Source: an uncultured Gammaproteobacteria bacterium
GTDB taxonomy: Bacteria; Patescibacteriota; Patescibacteriia; UBA1558; GWA2-36-10
Direction of reading: 5' to 3'
Length of the DNA: 62,020 nt
NCBI GenBank assembly: GCA_964540095.1
Contig: CAZILH010000002.1
Span: 1 to 62,020 of the forward strand
Below are positions 43,443 to 53,630 of the stretch, one piece after another (the first letter of the stretch is position 1; each line of letters begins with the position of its first letter). A model generated the notes under the pieces. It searched no databases. It worked only from the letters and a program-made list of their open reading frames with translations, and was not told where the DNA came from. Made by a program: the position numbers and the translations under genes.

Positions 43443-44201
43443 ATGAAAAAAATAAAAAATAAAAAATTATTAATATTTTTACTTATAATTTTATTGGGTG
43501 GTATTTATTTATATCTGGCGCATTTTTTTATTTATTATCGTTTAGGTCACAGTGATCTGCTGGATGTTGAGCGCCAGGCGGTTTATGATATTGGAGACAG
43601 TCAAGCTAGTTCTGCGACTCTAGTTTATGTGGCTTTGGGTGATAGTTTTACAGCTGGTCGAGGAGCTAGTAGCTACCAAGAGTCATTTCCTTATTTATTG
43701 GCTGAAAAATTAGCCAAAGACAAATCAGCCAAAATAACTTTGAAAAATTTTTCTTCTTCTGGCGTTAGGACCAGTCAGTTGATTGCTGGACAACTTGACC
43801 AAGCAATTTCTGCTAAGCCGGATATTATTACTTTACTGATCGGCACCAATGATGTGCATGGGAACATCAAAGAAGCTGTCTTCCAAAAAAATTATATCTA
43901 TATTTTGGATCAGCTTGTCCAAAAAACACCAGCCAAGATTTATTTGATTGGTTTGCCCAACAACGGCACTGACGGACTATTGTGGCCACCTTATGGTTAT
44001 TATTTTAGACAAAAGACCAAGGCCTATAATCAAATTATTCAAGGATTGGCGGAGGATTATGGTTTGACTTACATTGATTTGGAAAAAGGGCTTGTCGAGC
44101 TGAGTGAACAAGACGGCTATTATTCCCAAGATTTATTTCATCCTTCGACTGCTGGCTACCAGCTCTGGTCGCAAATAATTTATGCCGATGTTAATAAATA
44201 A
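43443..44201 (+). CDS. SGNH/GDSL hydrolase, membrane anchored
   Basis: ALGDSFTAG (block I), GTND and DLFHPS (block V). Confidence 0.75.
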   Translation: MKKIKNKKLLIFLLIILLGGIYLYLAHFFIYYRLGHSDLLDVERQAVYDIGDSQASSATLVYVALGDSFTAGRGASSYQESFPYLLAEKLAKDKSAKITLKNFSSSGVRTSQLIAGQLDQAISAKPDIITLLIGTNDVHGNIKEAVFQKNYIYILDQLVQKTPAKIYLIGLPNNGTDGLLWPPYGYYFRQKTKAYNQIIQGLAEDYGLTYIDLEKGLVELSEQDGYYSQDLFHPSTAGYQLWSQIIYADVNK

Positions 44202-45312
44202 TGCAGTAAGCTCCACTTACATTTTCATAGTGATTTTTATAGTCGCTGTTTTGTTGTCTATCAGAAAGAAAAAGCATCAAGAATTTTTTTCAAATGTAGT
44301 TTCTCAAGAGTTAAAAGGACTGGCCACCTTTATGATTATTTTTGGTCATATTGGCTATTTTTTGCTTAGCGATCATCGATTCTTGTTTCCCTTATCTATC
44401 GCCGCTGGGGTGGGGGTCAATTTATTTTTATTGTTATCTGGCTATGGTTTGGCCACTAGCGCTTTGCACAAGGCCAGTTCCATCTGGCAATTTTATAAAA
44501 AACGTTTGGCCAAATTATTTATCCCGCTGTGGCTGGTTTTGTTGGTATTTTTGTTGTTGGATTATTTCGTTTTACACCGTACTTATGCTGGGGCTTATAT
44601 TGGTCGTTCATTTTTGGGCTGGTTTCCTAGCGCCGATTTAGCCACTGACATCAATTCGCCGCTGTGGTATTTTTCTCTTATTTTATTTTATTATCTTATA
44701 TTTCCATTATTTTTTTCCAAAAAATATTATTGGCTATCGGCTGTGGCGATTTACTTGGCATCACACTTACTTTCATCATACTTACTTTTACACAATGATT
44801 CTAGTTATTTTGTGGATGTAATGCGTTTGTACAAAATTCATCTTTTGGCTTTTCCACTTGGTGTACTTTTGGCTGGTTTGTATTTTCAGCGACACAAACT
44901 CGATCGTCTCGTCAAAATTGTTAGAGAAGTCGTTCATCACCAAAGACCGAGTAGGATCATTAGCTATTATATTTTAGCAGGGATATTGTTGCTGGTGTTT
45001 GCTTACACTGCTTACCATTCCAATGTCGATGCCAAGCCATTGAAAGAGCAATTGACAAGTTTGCTTACACTGCTTGCAATTTTAGTTATATTTTTGATTA
45101 AAAAATTTGATATAAAATTATTTTCATTATTTGGTTTTTATTCTTATGAAATATATTTATTGCATTGGCCAATTCTTTATCGTTATGATTTGTTTTATAA
45201 ATACACTCCAGCTTGGTTGGCTACTGTTTTGTATTTAGTATTATTTATAATATTGGCTTACTTATTGAAAAAATTAGTAAATTTATTATTCAATAAAAAA
45301 ATAACTTTATGA
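44182..45312 (+). CDS. Acyltransferase-3 family membrane O-acyltransferase
   Basis: About 10 TM segments. LKGLATFMIIFGHIG N-terminal motif. Confidence 0.65.
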   Translation: MPMLINNAVSSTYIFIVIFIVAVLLSIRKKKHQEFFSNVVSQELKGLATFMIIFGHIGYFLLSDHRFLFPLSIAAGVGVNLFLLLSGYGLATSALHKASSIWQFYKKRLAKLFIPLWLVLLVFLLLDYFVLHRTYAGAYIGRSFLGWFPSADLATDINSPLWYFSLILFYYLIFPLFFSKKYYWLSAVAIYLASHLLSSYLLLHNDSSYFVDVMRLYKIHLLAFPLGVLLAGLYFQRHKLDRLVKIVREVVHHQRPSRIISYYILAGILLLVFAYTAYHSNVDAKPLKEQLTSLLTLLAILVIFLIKKFDIKLFSLFGFYSYEIYLLHWPILYRYDLFYKYTPAWLATVLYLVLFIILAYLLKKLVNLLFNKKITL

Positions 45313-46178
45313 AAAAAACATTAATTATTTTGGGCTCTGTTATTATCTTTTTCGGGCTTGCTTATGTAGCTTTTTTTCTTTATATCAACAGTCGGACTGC
45401 GCCGGCAGATATTGGTACTAGCCCTGATGTCAAGAACAAGATGATTTATACAATTGGTGATCGGAATTTTTTTATGGTCAATGGCCGAGCAGAAGAAAAT
45501 AGCAATAATGATTCTTCGAGTAAAGATGTGTTGACCATGTTTGGCGAGCCAGTTTACGGAGATCTCAATGGCGATGGGTTAGAAGACGCCGCTGTATTAC
45601 TAGTAAATAACCTTGGTGGTAGCGGAACTTTTTATTATGTGGCTGTGGCTATAAAAAATAATGATAATAGTTATAAAGCTACTAATGCTTTGCTTTTGGG
45701 CGATCGCATTGCTCCGCAAACAGTAGAAATACATGACGGCCAAGCAGTATATAATTACGCTGACCGACTGCCAGATGAGTCCATGACTGCTCAGCCTTCA
45801 GTGGGCAAAAGTTTCTATATCCAATATGACAAAAACAGCGGACAAATAAGTGAGTTAATAAAAACTATTACCATGACCGAAGCACAGGCCAAAGTCATTG
45901 CTGAAAATACTTGCATCAAAGGCGGGGAGTCGCTGGCCCCTGGATACTATAATGAAGGCACCAAAACTTGGTGGTTTGACGCTAATCTGAATTCCACGCG
46001 CGAGGGTTGCAATCCGGCTTGTGTGGTCAGTGAGGATACCAAGACAGCCGAGATCAATTGGCGCTGTACTGGCTTGATAAAACCCGGAGTAAATTGTCCG
46101 ATGGATGCCAAATTGTGTCCGGATGGGTCTTATGTTGTTCGCGGTGGTGCTAATTGCGAATTTGCAGTTTGTCCTTAA
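45309..46178 (+). CDS. Hypothetical anchored protein with a Cys-rich C-terminus
   Basis: N-terminal TM segment. The C-terminus ends CPMDAKLCPDGSYVVRGGANCEFAVCP. Confidence 0.55.
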   Translation: MKKTLIILGSVIIFFGLAYVAFFLYINSRTAPADIGTSPDVKNKMIYTIGDRNFFMVNGRAEENSNNDSSSKDVLTMFGEPVYGDLNGDGLEDAAVLLVNNLGGSGTFYYVAVAIKNNDNSYKATNALLLGDRIAPQTVEIHDGQAVYNYADRLPDESMTAQPSVGKSFYIQYDKNSGQISELIKTITMTEAQAKVIAENTCIKGGESLAPGYYNEGTKTWWFDANLNSTREGCNPACVVSEDTKTAEINWRCTGLIKPGVNCPMDAKLCPDGSYVVRGGANCEFAVCP

Positions 46179-46247
46179 AAATGTCTTTATTTTTCTCGTA
46201 TTTGGTGCTAAACTCAAGTTGTTTTTAATTAATTTAACATAATTACT

Positions 46248-47012
46248 ATGGACACACTTTATATTATTACTTTGGTGCTGGTGGTTATTTTGTTTGCTTC
46301 GCTAAGAGTCATCAAGCAATACGAGCGAGCAGTGGTATTTTTCTTAGGAAAATATAGCGGTATGCGCGGTCCCGGACTGGTTTTTATTATTCCGATTTTT
46401 GAAAGAATGACTAGAGTAGTTTTGCGGACTATTACTATGGATATTCCTTCGCAGAAAATTATTACCAAAGACAATGTCTCTATTGATATTGCGGCTGTGG
46501 CTTATTATCACATTGTGGATGCTTCAAAATCAGTGATCGCCATTGAGAATATTTATCAAGCCGTCAATCAGATTAGTCAGACCACGGTGCGTAATGTAGT
46601 GGGTCAATTTTACTTGGATCAATTGCTGTCGCAGACCAGTCAGATCAATGAGCAGATCAAGAATGTCATTGACACACACACTGAGCCCTGGGGAGCCCAA
46701 GTGACGGCGGTCGAGATCAAAGATATTTTTTTACCAGACAATATGCAGAGGGCGATGGCCAAAGAAGCTGAGGCCGAGCGTGAGCGTCGTGCCAAGATTG
46801 TAGCGGCCGAAGGTGAGTTTCAGGCCGCGGCCAAACTTGGACAAGCCGCTGACTTGATTTCTCAGCATCCGGTAGCTTTGCAGTTGCGCACCTTGCAGAC
46901 CATGGCGGAAATAAGTGTGGAGAAAAATTCTACTATTATTTTCCCAGCCCAGTTTATGCCTACAGTAGAAGAGGCCTTCAAAATGATAAATAAAGATCAG
47001 GCCAAGAAATAA
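46248..47012 (+). CDS. SPFH/Band-7 (stomatin/slipin) protein
   Basis: N-terminal TM segment. [13 protein letters not shown] and [16 protein letters not shown]. Confidence 0.85.
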   Translation: MDTLYIITLVLVVILFASLRVIKQYERAVVFFLGKYSGMRGPGLVFIIPIFERMTRVVLRTITMDIPSQKIITKDNVSIDIAAVAYYHIVDASKSVIAIENIYQAVNQISQTTVRNVVGQFYLDQLLSQTSQINEQIKNVIDTHTEPWGAQVTAVEIKDIFLPDNMQRAMAKEAEAERERRAKIVAAEGEFQAAAKLGQAADLISQHPVALQLRTLQTMAEISVEKNSTIIFPAQFMPTVEEAFKMINKDQAKK

Positions 47013-47035
47013 TTTTTGTATAAAATGATTTAAAT

Positions 47036-47848
47036 ATGTCAGAATTGCTAGAGATGGGCGTTGTGGCGCCGGCAAAAAAAGTAGAGCCACCAATAGAGGG
47101 CCTTGATCCCAAGATAATTGTTGAGCAAAAAAACATTATAGGCCACGCTCATAATCTTGAGGTCAATGGCCAAGCAGGGGCTAGGGAATTTGCGGAGTAT
47201 TTTGATACTAGCGTGAGCTTGGAAGATCGTGTTCAGACGGATCTGGATGAGCTTCAAGTTGTACCAAATAAACGTGAAGCCATTTATAAATATTTGAATC
47301 TTATCAAAGATAAGCACCAAAGCTCTTATGAACACTCTTTGCGAGTTGGTTTGATAGCCCGTCAGATTGCTAAGTTTCTGGGTATTGATGAAAGAGCTTT
47401 ACTTTATTCTGGTTTATTGCATGATGTTGGCAAGACCATGGTGCCAACATCAACCCTGTCAAAAACCGAAGGTTGGACACCAGAAGATACTGCCAATATT
47501 GAAACACACGTAGAAAATGGTTATAAGCTCTTGCGTGACGAATTCGATTTTACAGCTGAAGTAATACTCAGGCATCATCGCTTCCAATCCAGACCTTATC
47601 CGGAAGAATTGCCAAAATCTCAGCATGAATACAGCGAGGATACAAAAGCATTAATCAAAGAGTATGGTCGCATTTTGGCTATGGTCGATGTCTATGATGC
47701 TCTGCATCGGATCAATGATAAGCATGGTGCTAAACGGGCTTTGAGCGGCGAAGAGATTCGCAAGCAAATGTTTATTTTGAATCCTGATCGGCTTCTGCTG
47801 GTCGAAAAATTGTATGCGGCCGGTATCTTTACTACCAGCATTCAATAG
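47036..47848 (+). CDS. HD-domain phosphohydrolase, HD-GYP-like with a degenerate GYP motif
   Basis: HSLRVG..GLLHDVGK..HHRFQSRPYP. Confidence 0.65.
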   Translation: MSELLEMGVVAPAKKVEPPIEGLDPKIIVEQKNIIGHAHNLEVNGQAGAREFAEYFDTSVSLEDRVQTDLDELQVVPNKREAIYKYLNLIKDKHQSSYEHSLRVGLIARQIAKFLGIDERALLYSGLLHDVGKTMVPTSTLSKTEGWTPEDTANIETHVENGYKLLRDEFDFTAEVILRHHRFQSRPYPEELPKSQHEYSEDTKALIKEYGRILAMVDVYDALHRINDKHGAKRALSGEEIRKQMFILNPDRLLLVEKLYAAGIFTTSIQ

Positions 47849-47866
47849 CTGTGTTATTATGAAACA

Positions 47867-49234
47867 ATGAACCTAGATTTGCAAAAAATAAATAAAGTAT
47901 ATTTGTCAGGCATTGGCGGTATTGGACTGTCGGCTTTGGCTTATTATTTTTTGCAGGCTGAAAAAAAAGTTATTGGTTCGGATATTGTCAAATCAGAAGT
48001 GACCAAAAGGTTAGAAGCCAAAGGAGTGTTGATCAGCTACAAACAGAAGGCCAGTAATATCACCAAAGACATTGATTTATTTTTATACACTTCAGCATTG
48101 CCAATTGATCACCCAGAGTTTGTCAAAGCCCGTCGCTTGAAAATTCCCGTTCTTAGCTATTTTGAATTTTTGGGTTTTTTGAGCAAACAGCACAAGACCA
48201 TTGCTATAGCCGGCACCAACGGCAAGACTACCACCACCGCTATGTTGGGCTTGATTATGGAAAAGGCCGGCTTGGATCCGACAGTCATAGTCGGCAGTCT
48301 AGTCCCCCAGTGGGGGAGTAATTTCCGTTTTGGTAAAGGTGAGTGGTTGGTAGTCGAGGCCTGCGAGTGGCAAGCGCATATGTTGGAAATCAATCCCCAA
48401 ATAATTGTTTTGACCAATATAGCCGAAGATCACTTGGATTATTTCAAAGATTTGGCTGACATCAAAAAACATTTTCAACAATTTGTAAATAAATTGCCAG
48501 AGAGTGGAGTGTTGTTCAAAAATATTGATGATAAAAATAGTAATAAAATAAATTTTGGTGGACAGAGCGTGAATTTTGGCCAAGCTCTAGGTAGTCAATA
48601 CTGTTTTTCCAAGCAGGTGATAAAAAAAGGTGAACAAACTTTTACTGTAAAAAAGAAAAACAAAAAATGGGCTGAGTTCAATTTGGTAATTCCCGGTTTA
48701 TACAATATATACAATGCTCTAGCCGCCATTGCCGTGGCTGATCATATTGGTATCAATCAACACCAGATTTGGAATGCTCTGCACGAGTTCAATAGCACTT
48801 GGCGTCGATTTGAGCGCGTGGGTTTATGGAAAAACAACATTGTGATTTCCGATTATGCTCACCACCCAGAAGCTGTCCAAGGTTTATTGCAGGCCACCAA
48901 AGATTTTTATCCTGATAAAAAAATAATTGCTGTTTTTCAGCCCCATCATCACAATCGCACCAAGACATTACTCAAGCAATTTGCCGAAAGTTTTGCGCTA
49001 GTTGATTATGTTTTGATTTCGGATATTTATCAAGTACGCGGTCGCGAAGACAAAATGCATGATAAAGTATCAAGTGTCGACATAATCAACTTGATGCAAC
49101 ATGAAAGAAAATATTATTGTTCCAAGTTTTCTGATGTTAAGCAAACTTTGAGAGATATTAATCCAACAGACGCAATTTTATTATTTATTGGTGCTGGGGA
49201 CATTGATGACCTGGCTCGCGAGTTAGTGAAATAA
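47867..49234 (+). CDS. murC: UDP-N-acetylmuramate--L-alanine ligase
   Basis: GIGGIGLSALA, AIAGTNGKTTTTAM and DYAHHPEA. Confidence 0.9.
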   Translation: MNLDLQKINKVYLSGIGGIGLSALAYYFLQAEKKVIGSDIVKSEVTKRLEAKGVLISYKQKASNITKDIDLFLYTSALPIDHPEFVKARRLKIPVLSYFEFLGFLSKQHKTIAIAGTNGKTTTTAMLGLIMEKAGLDPTVIVGSLVPQWGSNFRFGKGEWLVVEACEWQAHMLEINPQIIVLTNIAEDHLDYFKDLADIKKHFQQFVNKLPESGVLFKNIDDKNSNKINFGGQSVNFGQALGSQYCFSKQVIKKGEQTFTVKKKNKKWAEFNLVIPGLYNIYNALAAIAVADHIGINQHQIWNALHEFNSTWRRFERVGLWKNNIVISDYAHHPEAVQGLLQATKDFYPDKKIIAVFQPHHHNRTKTLLKQFAESFALVDYVLISDIYQVRGREDKMHDKVSSVDIINLMQHERKYYCSKFSDVKQTLRDINPTDAILLFIGAGDIDDLARELVK

Positions 49235-49235
49235 T

Positions 49236-49832
49236 ATGACAAAATATATTATAAATTCCGGTGGATCTCGAAATAATCCTAAGGGAGAAAAATTGTCAAT
49301 TGATGAAACCTTGAAAGGACTGGAATTAAAACCAAATCTTTTATTTTGTTTTTTTGCTCAAAAAAGAGAGGACTGGGAAATTGGCTTTAAAGATAAGGTG
49401 GCTTTTTTTAAGGAGATGATACCCGATAATGTAGATCCTTATTTTGAGTTAGCTTTTCCAGAAAAATTTGTAGAACAAATTAAAAAATCAGACGCTGTAG
49501 TAATTTTTGGTGGAGACGACCATTTGGTTCAATATTGGTTAAAACAATTTGATATACCAAATATTTGGGATGGCAAAGTGGTATCGCTTAGATCTGCATC
49601 TTCGAATGCCTTGGCTAAATATTTTTGGACTTGTGATTGGAGAAAATGTATGGATGGTTTAGGAATTTTAGAAATTAAGTTTATCCCTCATTACAAATCA
49701 AATTATGGCATTGATGATCCTAGGGGGCCAGTTGATTGGGACAAGGCATATAAAGAGCTAGAGGAGTATGGAGATAAAAATTTAGCAATTCATGCTTTAC
49801 AAGAAGGTGAATTTATAGTAATTGAACAATAA
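49236..49832 (+). CDS. Hypothetical protein, possibly peptidase-S51/class-I-amidotransferase-like
   Basis: Weak: DAVVIFGGDDHLV and RSASSNAL. Confidence 0.35.
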   Translation: MTKYIINSGGSRNNPKGEKLSIDETLKGLELKPNLLFCFFAQKREDWEIGFKDKVAFFKEMIPDNVDPYFELAFPEKFVEQIKKSDAVVIFGGDDHLVQYWLKQFDIPNIWDGKVVSLRSASSNALAKYFWTCDWRKCMDGLGILEIKFIPHYKSNYGIDDPRGPVDWDKAYKELEEYGDKNLAIHALQEGEFIVIEQ

Positions 49833-49837
49833 GTAAT

Positions 49838-50758
49838 ATGGAAATACAACAAAATATATTATTAAAAGATTACACCACTTTCAAAATTGGCGGACCAGCT
49901 GATTATTTTTGTCTAGCCAAAAGCCAAGAAGATGTACAAACAGCCATTGATTTTGCCAAAGAAAAAAATTTAGCAATTTTAGTTTTGGGTGGCGGTAGCA
50001 ATTTATTAATCAGCGATGCTGGATTCAGGGGTTTGGCAATCAAGTTAGATTTGCAAAAATTAGAATATCATGATGATGAAGTCATTGTTGGCGCTGGTGT
50101 CATACTGGCCTATGTATTAAACAAATCTCTAGCGCAGGGCTTGACTGGCTTGGAGTTTGCGGCTGGTATACCAGGCACAGTAGGTGGGGCCATACGAGGC
50201 AATGCTGGTACCTATGGTTTGGCCATGTCTGATGTGGTCAAAGAAATTACTTATTTTGATGAAAATTATCAAATCAAAGTTTGTCGTGGAGATGAATGCC
50301 ACTTTACTTATCGCCATAGCATTTTCAAAGAAATCAAAGCTATTATTATAGAAGCGAAAATAAAACTAGCCAAAGGTGATTTGGATGTAGCCCAAAAATT
50401 AGTAGCCGAAAGATTAAAGTATCGTCAAGATACTCAGCCCACTGAGCCCTCGGCTGGCTGTATTTTCAAAAATGTGGAGTTTAAAACAGTAAATATAGAG
50501 GATTTGAAAAAACGGGGGTTGGAGACCGAGCAGTTTGCCAAGCATCAAAAGATTCCTACGGCTTATATAATAGACAGAGCCGGCCTAAAAGGTCATGCTA
50601 TTGGTGGAGTCAAGGTTTCTGAAAAGCACGCTAATTATATTATCAATACAGACCAGGCCACAGCCGAGCAGGTGATCATGTTAATAAGCTTTATCAAACA
50701 GCAAATTCGTGATAAGTACGGTATCCAGCTTCAGGAAGAGGTTCAGTTTATTGGCTAA
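49838..50758 (+). CDS. murB: UDP-N-acetylenolpyruvoylglucosamine reductase
   Basis: TTFKIGGPADYF, LGGGSNLL, AGIPGTVGGA and SAGCIFKN. Confidence 0.9.
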   Translation: MEIQQNILLKDYTTFKIGGPADYFCLAKSQEDVQTAIDFAKEKNLAILVLGGGSNLLISDAGFRGLAIKLDLQKLEYHDDEVIVGAGVILAYVLNKSLAQGLTGLEFAAGIPGTVGGAIRGNAGTYGLAMSDVVKEITYFDENYQIKVCRGDECHFTYRHSIFKEIKAIIIEAKIKLAKGDLDVAQKLVAERLKYRQDTQPTEPSAGCIFKNVEFKTVNIEDLKKRGLETEQFAKHQKIPTAYIIDRAGLKGHAIGGVKVSEKHANYIINTDQATAEQVIMLISFIKQQIRDKYGIQLQEEVQFIG

Positions 50759-50825
50759 TATTAGCTAAAATATTGCCATAAATAAGATTCTAGCTTGCTT
50801 TTTGTCTAATTTTGGCCTATTATTA

Positions 50826-50853
50826 TTGACAATTTGAAAAAAATCTGTATAAT
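50826..50853 (+). promoter_or_regulatory. Sigma70-type promoter of the infA-rpsI operon
   Basis: TTGACA-16 nt-(TG)TATAAT. Confidence 0.6.
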
Positions 50854-50951
50854 ATAGAGGCATTAATTAAAGTAATTATTAACATAAGTTCTAATCTTAG
50901 AGAAAACATCACCTTGCCTATACAAGGTAAGGATATTTTCTTATTTATTAA

Positions 50952-51182
50952 ATGTCAGACGCTAGAGTAAATAAAAAAGGTTTTTTGGAAGTTATCGGGG
51001 AGGTGAACGAATTACTACCCAACACCAATTTTCGAGTCACCTTAGAAAATGGCCATGAAATATTGGCTCATCTTTCTGGGAAAATGCGAATGTTCAAAAT
51101 AAAGATTTTGCCAGGGGACAAGGTAGTGTTGGAGATGAGCCCCTATGATCTGACCAAGGGTCGCATCATTTATCGCAATTAA
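50952..51182 (+). CDS. infA: Translation initiation factor IF-1
   Basis: [50 protein letters not shown]. Confidence 0.95.
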   Translation: MSDARVNKKGFLEVIGEVNELLPNTNFRVTLENGHEILAHLSGKMRMFKIKILPGDKVVLEMSPYDLTKGRIIYRN

Positions 51183-51241
51183 TTTTCAATAATAATTTCA
51201 CTTAGTTATTAAAATAATTTATTAAATAAATTTCTAACGAG

Positions 51242-51355
51242 ATGAAGGTCCGTGCCTCAGTAAAAAAAATTTGTAAAGATTGCAAAGTTATCCGCCGTGA
51301 AGGTCGGCTAGTTTGCATTTGTAAAAACCCCAAGCACAAGCAAAGACAGGGCTAA
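51242..51355 (+). CDS. rpmJ: 50S ribosomal protein L36
   Basis: 37-aa ORF below the track cutoff: [37 protein letters not shown]. Confidence 0.93.
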   Translation: MKVRASVKKICKDCKVIRREGRLVCICKNPKHKQRQG

Positions 51356-51379
51356 ATTAACAATTATTAATTCATAAAG

Positions 51380-51769
51380 ATGGCAAGAATTTCAGGAGTC
51401 AATCTTCCAAACGAAAAAAGAGTAGAGATCGCTTTAACCTCCGTTTACGGCCTTGGTTTGAGTTCCTCTAACAAAATATTAAAACAACTCAAAATTGATC
51501 CAAATATTCGGGTGAAGAATTTGTCCGAAGAGCAGGTCAATACTTTGAGACAGGTTATTGAAAAAGATTTTCGCGTCGAAGGAGAATTGCGTCGTGAAAG
51601 AATGACCAATATCAAGCGTTTGAAGGAAATCAAATGTTACCGCGGCACTAGACACACCAAAGGTTTGCCAGTACACGGACAACGCACCAAGACCAATAGT
51701 CGCTCTGTTCGTGGAAACAAACGCGTGACCATGGGTAGTGGTCGCGTCTCAGCCGCTCAAAAGACATAA
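51380..51769 (+). CDS. rpsM: 30S ribosomal protein S13
   Basis: [32 protein letters not shown]. Confidence 0.95.
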   Translation: MARISGVNLPNEKRVEIALTSVYGLGLSSSNKILKQLKIDPNIRVKNLSEEQVNTLRQVIEKDFRVEGELRRERMTNIKRLKEIKCYRGTRHTKGLPVHGQRTKTNSRSVRGNKRVTMGSGRVSAAQKT

Positions 51770-51778
51770 TTGTAAAAT

Positions 51779-52162
51779 ATGAAAGCTGTAAAATCTAGAA
51801 AAAAAGTTAAGAAAGTTGTAAAAAAAGGCCAGGCCCACATCCAGGCCACTTACAATAACACCATCATCACCCTGACTGATCAGCAAGGCAATGTCTTGGC
51901 TTGGTCTTCGGCTGGTGTCAATGGCTTCAAGGGCGCCAAAAAATCTACGCCTTATGCCGCTGGTATTATTGTCAGAAATGCCGTGGAAAAAACCAAAGAT
52001 TTTGGTTTGACCGATGTTGAGGTTTTTGTCAAAGGCGTTGGTGCTGGACGCGAGGCCGCTATCCGCTCCTTGCATAGCAGTGGTATCAATGTTTCCTCAA
52101 TCAAAGATATGACGCCAATTCCACACAATGGCTGTCGTCCTAAGAAACCAAGAAGGGTCTAA
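51779..52162 (+). CDS. rpsK: 30S ribosomal protein S11
   Basis: [37 protein letters not shown]. Confidence 0.95.
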   Translation: MKAVKSRKKVKKVVKKGQAHIQATYNNTIITLTDQQGNVLAWSSAGVNGFKGAKKSTPYAAGIIVRNAVEKTKDFGLTDVEVFVKGVGAGREAAIRSLHSSGINVSSIKDMTPIPHNGCRPKKPRRV

Positions 52163-52183
52163 TAGTATAATTGCAAAATTGTT

Positions 52184-52798
52184 ATGGGAAGAAATTTAAA
52201 ACCGAGACATAAAGCTAGCCGTCGCTTTGGTGAAAATGTGGCCGAGACCGCAAAATCTCCGCTAGCCAAGAGGAATTATCCTAGTGGCGTACATGGACCA
52301 AAAAAGTCATTCAAAAAAGTCAGTGAATACGGCAAGCAATTAATGGAAAAGCAAAAAGCCAAAGCCATTTATGGTTTGCTGGAAAAACAATTTGCCTTGA
52401 CTTTTGGCCGTGCCCAAAAAATGGCCGGCGATGTCAATGAGAATTTGTTGGTTTTACTGGAAAGTCGCCTGGATAATGTGGTTTTTCGTGGAGGACTAGC
52501 GCCAACTAGACGCCTAGCTAGACAGCTAGTCACTCATGGTCACTTTACTATTGGCGCTGGCAAGGTAAATATTCCTTCCTATACAGTCAAGCCAGGTGAA
52601 ATTATCAAAGTCAAGGAAAATAAGGCCAAAAAAGGTTATTGGCTAGCTCTGGCTGAAAAGATTGAAAAAACCGAGCCAGCTGGCTGGCTTTCACTGGATA
52701 AGAAAAATTTGGCCCTGACTGTCAACAGCCGGCCAAATCAAAATGATCTGCCTAAGAATATTACTACCAGCTTGATCGTTGATTTTTATTCACGTTAA
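52184..52798 (+). CDS. rpsD: 30S ribosomal protein S4
   Basis: LESRLDNVVFRGGLAPTRRLARQLVTHGH. Confidence 0.93.
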   Translation: MGRNLKPRHKASRRFGENVAETAKSPLAKRNYPSGVHGPKKSFKKVSEYGKQLMEKQKAKAIYGLLEKQFALTFGRAQKMAGDVNENLLVLLESRLDNVVFRGGLAPTRRLARQLVTHGHFTIGAGKVNIPSYTVKPGEIIKVKENKAKKGYWLALAEKIEKTEPAGWLSLDKKNLALTVNSRPNQNDLPKNITTSLIVDFYSR

Positions 52799-52838
52799 TA
52801 AATTATTAATTTTAAAATAAAAATTTAATTATAAAACA

Positions 52839-53618
52839 ATGAACAAGATTAGCTTACCAGAGAAAATTAGCGTCATTGACCAAAAGAATAATCATTACCA
52901 AGTGATTATTGAGCCTTGCTCGCCTGGCTATGGTGTTACTATTGGTAATGCTTTGCGTCGAGTGATGCTATCTTCGTTGCCAGGGGCAGCGGTCACCTCT
53001 TTCAAAATAGAGGGTGTTCAGCACGAGTTTGACACAGTCAACCATGTCAAAGAAGACCTGGTGGAAATAATGTTGAATTTGAAAAAATTGAGATTAAAAT
53101 TATTCAGCGATGAACCAGTCATTTTAAATATTGAAGCTAAGGGTGAAAAAGTTGTCACCGCCAAAGATATCAAAAAAGATTCCAATGTGGAAATAATGAA
53201 TGAAGATTTGTTGATTGCTACTATGACCGATAAGCAAGCCAAGCTAAATATGGAGATTACGGTCGAGCGTGGCTTGGGCTATGTGGCTGTCGAACAAAGA
53301 GATGAAAAAGTAAAATTGCCAATCGGCAGTATTGCTATTGATTCCAATTTTTCACCAGCTTTGAATGTCGGCTTTAATATTGAATTTGTCCGAGTTGGTG
53401 AAATGACCAACTACGAAAAATTAATAATGGATATTTTGACTGATGGCACAATTGATGCGCGGGGAGCTGTTTCTCAGGCGTCCATAATTTTGCGTGATAA
53501 TTTTAGCTTTTTGGTGGCCGAGGAAGCTAGCTCAGAAAAAGTGAGCGAAGCCGAAGAAACAGAAGCTGAGCCAGTGGTCAAGAAAAGAGTTGCCAAAAAA
53601 AAGAGTAAAAAAGAGTAA
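52839..53618 (+). CDS. rpoA: RNA polymerase alpha subunit: N-terminal domain only, followed by a charged tail
   Basis: GYGVTIGNALRRVMLSSLPGAAVTS. 259 aa, ending ..EEASSEKVSEAEETEAEPVVKKRVAKKKSKKE. rplQ starts 12 nt later. Confidence 0.88.
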   Translation: MNKISLPEKISVIDQKNNHYQVIIEPCSPGYGVTIGNALRRVMLSSLPGAAVTSFKIEGVQHEFDTVNHVKEDLVEIMLNLKKLRLKLFSDEPVILNIEAKGEKVVTAKDIKKDSNVEIMNEDLLIATMTDKQAKLNMEITVERGLGYVAVEQRDEKVKLPIGSIAIDSNFSPALNVGFNIEFVRVGEMTNYEKLIMDILTDGTIDARGAVSQASIILRDNFSFLVAEEASSEKVSEAEETEAEPVVKKRVAKKKSKKE

Positions 53619-53630
53619 ATAACCAATACC

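Noticed and set aside
33270-47866. Prophage or integrative element
   Set aside because: I could not find an integrase, recombinase, transposase, or capsid/terminase genes, or a direct repeat of the tRNA-like 3-prime end. I report it only as an accessory segment.
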